Source: a virus (lineage: Duplodnaviria > Caudoviricetes). Taken from it: a DNA stretch of 64,000 nt. Below are positions 38,901 through 48,900 of this stretch, piece by piece (position 1 is the first letter of the stretch; each line of letters starts with the position of its first letter). The notes below the pieces were generated by a model. It had not been told where the DNA came from. It saw only the letters and a program-made list of their open reading frames with translations, and did no database searches. The position numbers and the translations under genes are program-made. The stretch spans positions 35,818 through 99,817 of the IMG/VR virus record IMGVR_UViG_3300013902_000009; one strand, given 5' to 3'.

Positions 38901-41433
38901 ATCTGGTAATGTATGGAATAATATATCAGAAAGTTATCACACGCTACGTAGTGCTTACCTTTACGAAGATAGTGGTTGGTTCTCAAATAATGACAGAACT
39001 TACCCATCTAAACTTATAGGTAAGTATAAGATATATATGTGGCATAAAAGTAATTCCATTAATGGAATAGCTAGTAATTCGTACCCATCAGAAAAAGGTG
39101 ATGATAAATTTCTTTATGTTCCGTCTGAGATTAAACGTAAAGTATTTGCGTCTAAGAGATTTTCAATGTATAACGTATTCTTTGATAATCCAATTAATGT
39201 AACTATATCAAAGCCTTCGATTATATATGATGATAATACAACAAGAAGCATACAAGCTTGCGGTAGTGATATTTATTATTATGGCGATGTTGATACACTT
39301 CTTACTAGACGAGGCGAAATAACTGGAGCGTACGTAAAAGAAACTGGCGATAATGGTTATGATGTAGAATACGATAAAACATCAGATGATGAAGTATATA
39401 TAAAATCTTATGACCCTATACGTATAAAGTATAAATCCCAAAGTCACGTTGTATTTGCTATGACAGATAACGACATGACTTACTATAGACTCCCAGAAAT
39501 GGGTTATGATGGTACTGATGTTTTACCAGAAGGTGAAATATATCCTTGGATAGAATCAGCATGGGTTATAGATGAAGATTATATATTTTTAGGTTTATTC
39601 GATAATGTAAAATCAGCTACAAATAAGCTTAATAATGTATTTAGCGAGGTGTCTAAATATAAAGATAAAACACTTGTTGTTGCCATACCTTATGGATATA
39701 CATCAAAACGCTATGAAGAATACTATATAGTAAACGTATCCGACAATAAAGTAACAGTTGATAAACCTGATTTTACAAACGAAGACAAATCTGATAAAGG
39801 TCAGGATGTAACAGATATACCTATGAAGGTATTAAGGTTGTGCAAGTGGGATTTACCTTATGTTGTACAGTCAAGCAAAGACGTTATCTTACTTGATGAT
39901 TTACATAATATGAGATGGCGAAAAGATGGAGAAACGGTAAAATATAAACAACTCTCTCTTAAAAATAAAGAGAAACCGATATATCCGTATCTTTATCTTG
40001 CTGAGCTTTATAGGGAGATACCGTATGATTCACTCTATGGTGGTTATAACGAAAACCAAATGGAGAATATTAAATGGGTTGTAGCTTCTACTCCTTATCC
40101 TATTTATAAGGATATACCAAGAATGGGTGGAGACACGTATTATCAAAGATGGGACTGCCTTAAAACATATCCTTCAAGTGAAGAGGATAGCAACTCAGTA
40201 GTTGATATTACTTCGTTTATGGTTGAGACCCACACCATGCTTGACAGCAGGTGTGATATTAATAGAAGGAATACAAAGGTTACTCTTGCTAGGCCAACTA
40301 ATTATAACTTATTTAATCCGGCATATAATCAGACAGATAATATATTCAGTTATAGCATCCTTGATGATAAATATGACTTGGATAAATTTGGCAATCAAGT
40401 AGTTTGGTCTAATGCTAAGATAGATACAGATGATGTAGATAGTTGGACTAATATAAATATGTTAAGTTCACTAAGTCTTGATGGAAGTAAAGGAGACGTT
40501 ATTAGATTAATTAATTTTAACGATTCTATAATTGCTTTCCAAGATAAGGCAATCAGTGTTATTAACTATAATAACCCAACTCAAATAAGTACAGAATCTG
40601 GCAACCCAATAGAAGTAGTAAATAGTGGGTTAGTTAATGGTTATTCTGTAATAACTGGCTCCAATGGCTGTCAAAACAAATGGAGTATATGCAAGGGAGG
40701 AAATGGTATCTATTTTATTGATGACATAAATAAGTCTATGTTTTCTTTTAGTAGGGACGGCTTGCAATCAATATCTGCAAAGGGCTTCTCGCAATGGTTT
40801 AAAGATAATATAGATTTTAATAATAGGTTTAATACATATTATGATGCGCTTACAAAAGACGTCTATGTAACAAATAAAAGGTATTGTCTATCTTATAACG
40901 AACAGCTTGATGCATTCTCTTCATTCTATTCTTATGAAGGAATAAAAGATATATTTAATATAGGAGGGGAATCATACTTTATTGGACCTTCTGATGGAAT
41001 AGGTTTATATAAGTTTTTTGGTGGGGATTACGGCAAGACTTTTGACGATAATACAATTGGTTGGAGTGTTACCTATAAAGCTAATCCAGAACCTATGACT
41101 GATAAAGTGTTTACAAATCTAGAATATACGGCTGATGTAATTGACGGAAAAGTAGATAATGTAAACTATTCCGAAGGACTTCCATTACGTAGCCTTGATA
41201 TTTGGAATGAATACCAAAAAGGAAGTGTTGACTTTACAAAACAATATAATGCACTGCAACGTGATAACGCAAGAAAGTTTAGATTATGGAGGGTACAACT
41301 ACCGAGAGATGAAATGTCTAAAAATAAGTTAGATAGGATAAGGAATACTTGGTGCTACATCAAGTTAACAGATGATAATCCACTTGGTAAAAAAGTTGTA
41401 CTTCATAATGTATTACTTAAGTATTATAAATAA
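35932..41433 (+). CDS. tail stabilisation / muzzle protein (P22 gp10-like slot)
   Basis: 1833 aa; KGM.KD.S.S, A..N.NIRI, KVYWVDG.NQPR.INI, FK.GE.YRF..QF, GGDTY.QR.DCLKTYP, K.F.NLE, RKFR.WR..LPR, R.RN.W..IKL. Confidence 0.85.
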   Translation: MEVNVAELKNKGMVKDYSISKQLDEYAFDNFNIRITPNEDNTGLSITNEKGPARCLVESIEKKLAINRIYHTINNGSINFTLDYRNTSDIKFNVICNKISLYGINVKVGSGGKIFLKKTNSDRSGFVMFSNNEGITVDGKTLKNIYIKESDFGKIDSNTNIQTFTDINVELINILVIDAEKEISFVNSYDYEASFVTESVTIPSGNLIFNRNLNCILIRSVSLEGSVDYISDNTYIYIQNSTYRNYINSGKTLPTSSISISESITGKYCGYCETADGIVVFTEDEGTNYIYILSMEDGELKTYIFYRGPLNITPENKIEAIFRFESEDIQKVYWVDGVNQPRVINIAKPVDYDKGNTQFDFISTVDKIPKIDILKVYNSSGLFPSGTIQYGVSYYNKFGSETSLLWLSTVHYITFSDRAAKADENVACQFRLKILNLDTKFDYVRVYSVLRTSLDTQPVVSIVGDYNISKKKKIIVYDGNTNVTNVDPSILYYIGGREFTASTLASKQDRLFLGNIKLTGDSIPNNIKSIIKSSIKTPYSKVFFDASMISFDYKSIGMDLESSSYPYRLQTLCGKEHFSYFKYGETYRFAIQFQTNKGIWTQPIWIGDKKCLLRPKVDIVGGRINLPTATFTPTDELKEACANYSMYRILMAETSSATRNVLAQGVLSPTVFNLKDRINNSPYVASSWIMRATGDVASRLGESAYEEIQSMDKDAKPSFDASEIGKTVSSESGTIVSLMFSWDIEKVKQFWAKQGADTNVSRVWHYLTKTFGNIIKYGTSLGFGWGPVGDWVKYKYCLIVAYQYVDNQIDPDSITIHCESRTSLNKMWSKVRSYVLRNLNTDIADDISKSEFKKLCRHDKTSITGWTNLESTPDGDSTLDYLLMLYPKGKDAGLIFREYSLWGMYKRLNIKTYQGETESYANKVNNSGYFVDDSIVTFHSPDIEANQELINGTNLSMRIVGYVPITAGQNDAEFDVSTKGLSDYASKSNLSGNVWNNISESYHTLRSAYLYEDSGWFSNNDRTYPSKLIGKYKIYMWHKSNSINGIASNSYPSEKGDDKFLYVPSEIKRKVFASKRFSMYNVFFDNPINVTISKPSIIYDDNTTRSIQACGSDIYYYGDVDTLLTRRGEITGAYVKETGDNGYDVEYDKTSDDEVYIKSYDPIRIKYKSQSHVVFAMTDNDMTYYRLPEMGYDGTDVLPEGEIYPWIESAWVIDEDYIFLGLFDNVKSATNKLNNVFSEVSKYKDKTLVVAIPYGYTSKRYEEYYIVNVSDNKVTVDKPDFTNEDKSDKGQDVTDIPMKVLRLCKWDLPYVVQSSKDVILLDDLHNMRWRKDGETVKYKQLSLKNKEKPIYPYLYLAELYREIPYDSLYGGYNENQMENIKWVVASTPYPIYKDIPRMGGDTYYQRWDCLKTYPSSEEDSNSVVDITSFMVETHTMLDSRCDINRRNTKVTLARPTNYNLFNPAYNQTDNIFSYSILDDKYDLDKFGNQVVWSNAKIDTDDVDSWTNINMLSSLSLDGSKGDVIRLINFNDSIIAFQDKAISVINYNNPTQISTESGNPIEVVNSGLVNGYSVITGSNGCQNKWSICKGGNGIYFIDDINKSMFSFSRDGLQSISAKGFSQWFKDNIDFNNRFNTYYDALTKDVYVTNKRYCLSYNEQLDAFSSFYSYEGIKDIFNIGGESYFIGPSDGIGLYKFFGGDYGKTFDDNTIGWSVTYKANPEPMTDKVFTNLEYTADVIDGKVDNVNYSEGLPLRSLDIWNEYQKGSVDFTKQYNALQRDNARKFRLWRVQLPRDEMSKNKLDRIRNTWCYIKLTDDNPLGKKVVLHNVLLKYYK

Positions 41434-41437
41434 TTTT

Positions 41438-41470
41438 TATGGGTGGGCTAATAACCTACCCATAATTTTA
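41438..41470 (+). terminator. intrinsic terminator-like hairpin
   Basis: TATGGGTGGG-CTAATAA-CCTACCCATA then T-rich tract. Confidence 0.6.
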
Positions 41471-41505
41471 ATCAAACACTCGTTGCTTCTATTTCTCCTT
41501 ATTGT

Positions 41506-41513
41506 TAAATTTG
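41506..41513 (+). promoter_or_regulatory. Bacteroidota-type -7 promoter element
   Basis: TAAATTTG(C), 22 nt before ATG 41536. Confidence 0.65.
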
Positions 41514-41535
41514 CGGATATTAATAATTTATTGTT

Positions 41536-44301
41536 ATGGGTAAACTTACAGCCGAACAAAAAGCTGCTCGTAATGAAAAAATAGGTGGAGTGTTAGGTAC
41601 TGCATCAAGTGTAGCATCTAGCGCATCAGGTATTATAGGTAGTGCTATACAAAATTCTAAAATAAATGATACTACCGGTTACGAGGAGAATATAGAAAGT
41701 GTTAGGAATACAAACTTTGACGTTGGTGATTATGATACATTAATGAGTGTATATAATCCTCTCGCTCTTAATAATATGGTATCTTTCAAACAGATACGAG
41801 GCGGTTCAACCGCAGGAAGAGCAAGTAATGTATTATCAGCTACAGCTAATGGCGCAATGACTGGATTAACATTCGGGCCTTGGGGTGCACTTGCTGGAGC
41901 TGCTACAGGTTTGGCAACTAGCGTCGGTGGTTGGATAGCAGGTGATTCTAAAGCTAAGAGTAAAGTTGATGAGCTTAATGCTGAGAATCATATGGCATCA
42001 AATGAATATATAAATAACTTCTCTGCTAATGCTGAGAGAATTGGAAATAACATGTTTAGAAGCAAAATATTAAATCTAGCTGCCTGTGGAGGTTTGCTGC
42101 CAAGAAAATTTGCTTTTGGTGGATTACAACCCGATTATAGCAATGGAGTCACTTTAGTAAAAAATGGCGGAACACATGAGGCCAATCCTTACGAGGGAGT
42201 ACAAGTAGGTGTAGACCCACAAGGGGTGCCAAACCTAGTTGAGGAAGGAGAGGTTATATATGACGATTATGTATATTCAAATAGACTTAAGCCAACAAAG
42301 AAGCAACTTGAATCTATTTCTTTATCCTCTAAATATTTTGGCAAGACTTACGCAGAAATAGCGAAAGATATACAGAAGCGCTCGAATGAGATACCTAATG
42401 ACCCTATAGAGAGAAGAGGTCTTGAGGATGGTATGTATAAACTGAGAGCTATACAAGATGAGACAAAGCAGCGTATGGAGCAAAAGAGATTCATGCGTGA
42501 ATTTAATAAGTTATCTAATGATGATAAGTTTGCTCTAATTAACGGGTTAAATCAAGAAGCTCGACATATACAACAACAAAGATTGGCTGAGGAGCAAAAT
42601 CAAGAAGAGTTTAATCAATCTCAGCCAAACCAAGAAGCGGGTATTGCTGCACAAATGAATCAATACGCTAACGCAATTGGTAATTATGCTCATGGTGGTA
42701 ACCTATATCCTGATGGTGGAGATATAAAGATAGTCATACCTAGCGAACTTTATAAAGTTGCAGCTCTAAGAAATGCATATCAATCATACAAAGATGGAGC
42801 TGGTGTTGATTTTACAGAACTATTTAACACCACTAATACAATTAAGGTTCCAAAAGAAGTGCTTGATGAATTTGGATTAAACAAATCATTTAATGACTAT
42901 ACCGAATCTGACTTGAATAAGCTTTATGAGTTGAATGACTTTTATTCATATTATATGCCAGATGTAAACAATGGTTATATAAGCCTTGATGATGTTCGCT
43001 CTGCTTATAATAGATATTCTACTGGAGATTATTCTACGCAAGGAGAAATTGATGCAGCTGCTATTAATGGCGGAAGGTGGTATAATTCAGACTCTTATAA
43101 TGGAGGATTAAATAGTACACTTCTACCTATATCTGGTACAGATGAATATAGTGGTGGAGTAATTAACCCATCTGTTTTTGTAGGACATAAGGAGTTGCCT
43201 GATTCTAGTGAAATTACAAATAATGCAATCAATGATTTATATAACAGAATAAATGGAACAAGCGATAGACTTGCTGATGAGTTTCTTAATAAAATTGGTA
43301 AGTTCGGTCCTGTAGATGTAAATCCAGAACCCCCTGTTGAAGAATCAGTTATTGAGGATATACCTAAATATAGGGTTAATCCTATAAATATACCGAGCAC
43401 TAGTACCGGATTAATATCAGAAAGCGAACAGAATAAAATTCTAAAAGATGCTTTTAATAAAAATGAAGATCCTTTTGATTATTCTTTTATTGACTTAAGT
43501 GACATACTGGATAATAAAGACAATAATGATGAAAATAAGACTCCAGTTATAACTAATACAAAATTAAAGGAGAATTATCCTACATGGCTTCGTAATATGC
43601 CTTTACTTACTAGTTCAGGTTCTGTTTTAGGTGATTTGTTTGGTTTAAATAAGCCTGATTATTCACTTTGGGATAATGCTATAAAGGCAGCCAATAGGAT
43701 AAATTATGTATCTCCTACTCCACTTGGTAACTACCTTACATATAATCCTTATGATGTAAACTATATGCAAGGTAGAATAAATGCGCAGAACGCTATGGCG
43801 CAAAGGAATATACTCAATACAGCTAGTGGAAATAGAGGTGCAGCTATAAGTGGGTTACTTGCAACACATCAGCAAGGTTTAAATAATATGTCTGATATGT
43901 ATAGGCAAGCTCTTGAATATAATGACAAACAAAGACAAGCCGTTGCTGATTTTAATAGAGGTACAGATCAAATTAACGCACAGATGAGTTTACAAGCGCA
44001 GATGCAGAACGCACAACTTGATAGACAAAAAGTAAGTGATTTGATACAGCTAGCTGCGCAAAAGCAAAATATTCGCAATGCCTCTCAAGATGCTATTGCT
44101 GGAAATCTAACTAATCTTGCTACCCTTGCTGGAAAGTATGGCAAGGAGAATTTAGATTTAAACAACCTAAATCATCTTATCAATAACGATACTATAAGTA
44201 TTGGTTCTAGCGAGGATTCCAATATAAGTACAAATACTACTACTACTACCGCTGATACTACTAAAAAGAATGGGGGAAAACTAAAAAGAAGGAGAAGATA
44301 A
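41536..44301 (+). CDS. virion cargo/ejection protein with Gly-zipper transmembrane segment
   Basis: GAMTGLTFGPWGALAGAATGLATSVGGWIAG; NGGTHE.NP..GV..G.DPQG.PNLVEEGEVI motif; Q/N-rich helices; position after muzzle gene. Confidence 0.75.
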   Translation: MGKLTAEQKAARNEKIGGVLGTASSVASSASGIIGSAIQNSKINDTTGYEENIESVRNTNFDVGDYDTLMSVYNPLALNNMVSFKQIRGGSTAGRASNVLSATANGAMTGLTFGPWGALAGAATGLATSVGGWIAGDSKAKSKVDELNAENHMASNEYINNFSANAERIGNNMFRSKILNLAACGGLLPRKFAFGGLQPDYSNGVTLVKNGGTHEANPYEGVQVGVDPQGVPNLVEEGEVIYDDYVYSNRLKPTKKQLESISLSSKYFGKTYAEIAKDIQKRSNEIPNDPIERRGLEDGMYKLRAIQDETKQRMEQKRFMREFNKLSNDDKFALINGLNQEARHIQQQRLAEEQNQEEFNQSQPNQEAGIAAQMNQYANAIGNYAHGGNLYPDGGDIKIVIPSELYKVAALRNAYQSYKDGAGVDFTELFNTTNTIKVPKEVLDEFGLNKSFNDYTESDLNKLYELNDFYSYYMPDVNNGYISLDDVRSAYNRYSTGDYSTQGEIDAAAINGGRWYNSDSYNGGLNSTLLPISGTDEYSGGVINPSVFVGHKELPDSSEITNNAINDLYNRINGTSDRLADEFLNKIGKFGPVDVNPEPPVEESVIEDIPKYRVNPINIPSTSTGLISESEQNKILKDAFNKNEDPFDYSFIDLSDILDNKDNNDENKTPVITNTKLKENYPTWLRNMPLLTSSGSVLGDLFGLNKPDYSLWDNAIKAANRINYVSPTPLGNYLTYNPYDVNYMQGRINAQNAMAQRNILNTASGNRGAAISGLLATHQQGLNNMSDMYRQALEYNDKQRQAVADFNRGTDQINAQMSLQAQMQNAQLDRQKVSDLIQLAAQKQNIRNASQDAIAGNLTNLATLAGKYGKENLDLNNLNHLINNDTISIGSSEDSNISTNTTTTTADTTKKNGGKLKRRRR

Positions 44302-44302
44302 T

Positions 44303-45910
44303 ATGGCATATAATATAAAACCAACATATGAGCCAATGACGTTTCAGGAGATGTTACAGCCTTATGCTGTTTACGGAGCTGAAAGAGATAGGCAAGAAGA
44401 GGCTTATATGAAGCTTCTTGAAGACGCTAGAAGTCTTGAAGACCTAAAAGATAGCGATGTTGATAAGGAGGAATATAATAAATACGTTAACTTTAAGAAC
44501 AGAATAAATTCTATGGTTAACGAGATTGCTACTACTGGATTATCAAGACAAACTAGGAGTAACCTAAGCAAATATAGAGCTGAATATCAGACTAATTTTG
44601 CTAATATGGTTGACAAAATTAAAAGAAGGGGAGAATTAGTTAAGCAACAAAGAGAGTATTTATCAAAAAATCCTAATACCTTCTTTGATATTGATTATTC
44701 CGAGACACCTGCTAGTAAAGTTGTTGATAGTTCATCTTATATTCCTTATGATATGAATGAAGCGGCAAACAATATTGCTTCTAAGGTTTATACTATGATG
44801 TCTTCAAAAGGAGATGATGTAACTGAAGAGGATATGGATAATATAATAGCTTCAGAGAGACAAAAATATGGATACGACAACCTTGATGATAGAAAGAAAG
44901 CAATGGTTGATAACGCCATATCTTTGGGTATTATGACTGCCGACAAGACCTATACAGATAATATTAACAAACAAGCTATAGAGAATGCCAAACGTATAAA
45001 GGCAGAAGCTGATGCATACAAATCTATGTATGGTAAGTATAAGGGTACTGGTGCTCCTGTTGGAAGAACTAGTGGTTCGTCATCTTCTAAAACAAATAAA
45101 ATATCTTATTCGTTTAACGATGGAACAACAGTTGAGTTTAATAAGTCTAAAAACATAAACGGAGAAACAGTATGGACTTATAAAGGATATGATGGAAAAA
45201 CTAGAACTATAACTCAACAACAAGTTGATAATTTTGAAGGTGATAATAACTTATCTGCGGAAATATATAAGAATGTATCTGGTATATCCGGTATGTCCCA
45301 AAAGAATGTATTCGGTAAAAATATTACTGTAGTTGTTGACGTTGATGGAAACACAAAAGTTAAAAACAAAGATGGAAAGCTAGTAATACCTAAAAGCTAT
45401 GATGATAAAGGTTTATATATGGCTTTTACTGGAGAAAAAGAAGAGGACCTTAAACCTTTCATGAGGAATCAAAACACTGTTGTTAGATATAAACCAGATG
45501 GCAACACGTTGCCTACATCTGACTATAATAGTGATTATAAAGATAATTCAGGTGATGGTAAAAAGTATATCCCTATAAGTGATTTTAATATTAATATTTC
45601 TTCTAATACACCAGCTTCTTCTGGTGGATACTCTGAATTTGTATCTAAATACGAAGATGCAATGATAAGGTCTGGTAATCTTGGAAATAAAATAGATGAA
45701 TTTATAAAAAGACAGACAGGTTCTGATAGTGTAGAAGATGGATTAAGAATGCTTTATAGTAATGGTTTTGATATAAATATTGTTATGTATGCAAAACATG
45801 GTAATCCAAATAAAAGAGCATATCTTGAGATAAGCCTTAAATATGTAGGGTCTCAAGGTAGGATATCTAATACACAGCAAACAAATAATCAACCTGCAAT
45901 AGACGACTAA
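44303..45910 (+). CDS. putative virion cargo/ejection protein
   Basis: YEPMTFQEMLQP N-terminal motif, helical N-terminal half; 1-nt gaps to both neighbours. Confidence 0.65.
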   Translation: MAYNIKPTYEPMTFQEMLQPYAVYGAERDRQEEAYMKLLEDARSLEDLKDSDVDKEEYNKYVNFKNRINSMVNEIATTGLSRQTRSNLSKYRAEYQTNFANMVDKIKRRGELVKQQREYLSKNPNTFFDIDYSETPASKVVDSSSYIPYDMNEAANNIASKVYTMMSSKGDDVTEEDMDNIIASERQKYGYDNLDDRKKAMVDNAISLGIMTADKTYTDNINKQAIENAKRIKAEADAYKSMYGKYKGTGAPVGRTSGSSSSKTNKISYSFNDGTTVEFNKSKNINGETVWTYKGYDGKTRTITQQQVDNFEGDNNLSAEIYKNVSGISGMSQKNVFGKNITVVVDVDGNTKVKNKDGKLVIPKSYDDKGLYMAFTGEKEEDLKPFMRNQNTVVRYKPDGNTLPTSDYNSDYKDNSGDGKKYIPISDFNINISSNTPASSGGYSEFVSKYEDAMIRSGNLGNKIDEFIKRQTGSDSVEDGLRMLYSNGFDINIVMYAKHGNPNKRAYLEISLKYVGSQGRISNTQQTNNQPAIDD

Positions 45911-45911
45911 T

Positions 45912-48900
45912 ATGGCAAATATAGGACTTGAAGGTATAAGGCTTACTGACATACATGGTTATGACAAAAATGATTATCTCAATTATTATAATAACAATAT
46001 AAAGAGTATTGAGGAAACCAGTAAGTCAACCGGAACATCAACCGATTATGTCGGTAGTAACAAATATATAAACTATCTTATACGTAATAAGATGGGTAAC
46101 GACTGGTATGACAAGAATGTCAGAGGAAAATCTTATGCTGAAAAAGTAGGAGCATATAATGCTTTATTTTCTACTGATAAGATATCATCAACCGGTGTTA
46201 CCCAAACTCAAGATATAAGCAATGGGGTTGCTAATACATCTGTAGGTCATGATGGAATAGAAAACCAAGAAGGAATTAATCAAAATATAATAGAGACAGA
46301 GGCTAAAGCTCCATTATGGACTAGAGGAGACTTAACACCATACGAATGGAATCCATCTGGTAAAAGAAATCTATTTGAAAGAAATATTGGCGGTATGTCT
46401 GGTAAACCTCAACTATTTGGTTATAGAGATTGGTTTGCACAGAAAGCTAATGAGCCTACTAATTGGTACGATAATGAAGCTAAAGCCGAAAGGGTTTCTA
46501 ATATATTCAATGCTTTATATAATGAAAACTATAGACCTATAAACGATAAAGATATAAATACCCCTTATGGTGAAAGGAAAGCATTAGATTATAAAGAGTA
46601 TGTTGATAGTTTGATAGAAAGCAACCCAAGGCTTGCCAACGATATGTTTATTGAGTTTGAGAATACAAAACTTAATAAAATAAACGACTATAAAAACTTC
46701 CAAAATACTCCAGCTCTTCCTTGGACTCCAAACGAAATTAAAGACGTAATGTCTGAATATTATGCTAAAGAGATGATTCTAGGTAGCCAGAAGGCATCGG
46801 ATTGGTTATACGCTAAAGTGCATGACACAGTTTCTAAAAACCAAACTTTAGGGCAGAAAGCCAAAGCTGCTATATTAGGAGCTGTAGATAATACTGTTGG
46901 TACAGCAGTATCAGCATTAGGTATATTTGGAAACATATTATCACTAAACGCATTTAGCGGAGAAGGCGTAGAAGGAGTATCTGGTTTTGAAAACTTCTTA
47001 TATAAAGCATCTCAAAACCCTTTGACTGAGTGGGGTAACGGTTTGGTTATGACTGGTTCTTGGTGGCCAGAAGAGCAGGAGGAGAGAATGTCTACTGGTT
47101 ATAATACAAATGCTATAATGAGAAAAACAGGCACTGAGACTGATTTTCTCGATTTAAACACAGTATTTGATTTAGTTCAACAAACTGGTTTTACCACTGG
47201 CGCATCAGCTGCTGGTACAGTTATGTCTAAAGTATTAGGTACTGCTGTAAATAAAGGTACTGGAGCACTTGCTAGAAGAGTATTTATGAATAACGCTAGT
47301 AAGTTTGCTAAAGCAGCTGCATGGGCTGTAAATGCAGGAGGCAAAACTGTTGCTATGACTGTACCTGCTATGGCTTTAGGTGCGGGTGAAGGCTCTATAG
47401 ATATGCTTGATGTGATGAATCGCTCTAAGTATAACCTAGAAGATTATATAAGTAATCTTATGTATGGCGGAGCCAATATGAATCAATCAAGTTTTCTTGA
47501 TGAATACATAAAGAATAACATAGGACCAGAAGAGTTCGAGGAATACTACGAAAAGTATAGAAATAAAAATGTTGCGTTTAACCCAGAGGCTCCTGCTGAA
47601 TCACAGGAAGCGTTAAGCACAAGATTAGGAGCTGAGAGAAGAGCCTTATACGAGCAATATAGAAGAGAGGTAGCATCAAGACTTGCCAATAATCCTGAGG
47701 TTGTAGGTATGATTGGAGAGGCTCAAAAGCGCGCAGGAGCTCGTACGCTTTCTTTTGAGACAGTGCTTATAGGCGCATCAGATATGTTATTTTCTAATAT
47801 AGTAGGTGGAGCTTATAAACAGATTAAAAACAACGCTAAAAGAGCTGTTTTAGGACAACTTGCGGATACTCCAAATATAAGATTAACAAGAGGCGAGGCT
47901 GGAAAACTAGTAGCAAAAGCTATTCCTTATAATGTAGGTAAAAAGATAATATCTGGAGTTAAGGGCTCGTCAGAAGTAGCATCAGAGGTAATACAAGAGA
48001 TGGGACAAACAGCAGGCTCTGGTACTTTTGAGACTCTTGCTGACAACTATGCTGCTCAGTATATACTTAATATGTCAGACCCAGATGCTATAGAAACCCT
48101 TAGTGATACTTATTGGGGTAATATAGATGCTGCTCAACACATCATGAAAGAGAATTGGTTTTCAAAAGAAGCTATATTCTCAGGTATGATGGCTGCTGTA
48201 TCATCAGGTTTAGGTAATCCTACAGTAGGTAGAGGTACAGCTAACTTTATTAACAGAAGAGCTAGTGGTATTACTAATAAAGATAATATATTCTTAGATT
48301 GGCTTTCTGATATTAAGAATAATCCGGGAGACTATTGGAGAAATCCATACCTTGAAGCAGTACATGAAGATAAAGCAAGAGCTGTACGTTCAGCAGAAGA
48401 AGCTGATGAGATTAATAGGTGGCTTGCTAATCATGAAGAGCTTGCAAGTATGAATGATATTGAGCAGATGTATGCTTGGATAAACAAAGCAGCAGAAGCT
48501 TCAACTAACCCAGATAGTGATGCTGATTTCCGGGATGCTCTTATGGGGCAACGTATAGCCGGTATTATAATGATGGATAGGATTGGAGCAAAAGTGGGCG
48601 CTAAGGCTTTCCGCAAACAGGTTGAGTTCTTGTCAAATATAAGTGAGTCTGATGCGGAATCTATGGGTATATTTGCTCGCGCAAAGAATGAGCGCGGTAT
48701 ATCTAATGATATTGAATTAACTAAAGAAGAAAAAAAGGATATACTTGACTCAGTACATAAAAGAGCATCTGAGACTTACGAGTTATACAATAAACTGTCC
48801 GATGCTAGAAAGTTCCTTAATAGAGAGTTTGGTGAAGCTATAAGCGAGAACACAAAAGATGCTTGGGCTTTCAATATGATTATGCGTGACGATTGGAACA

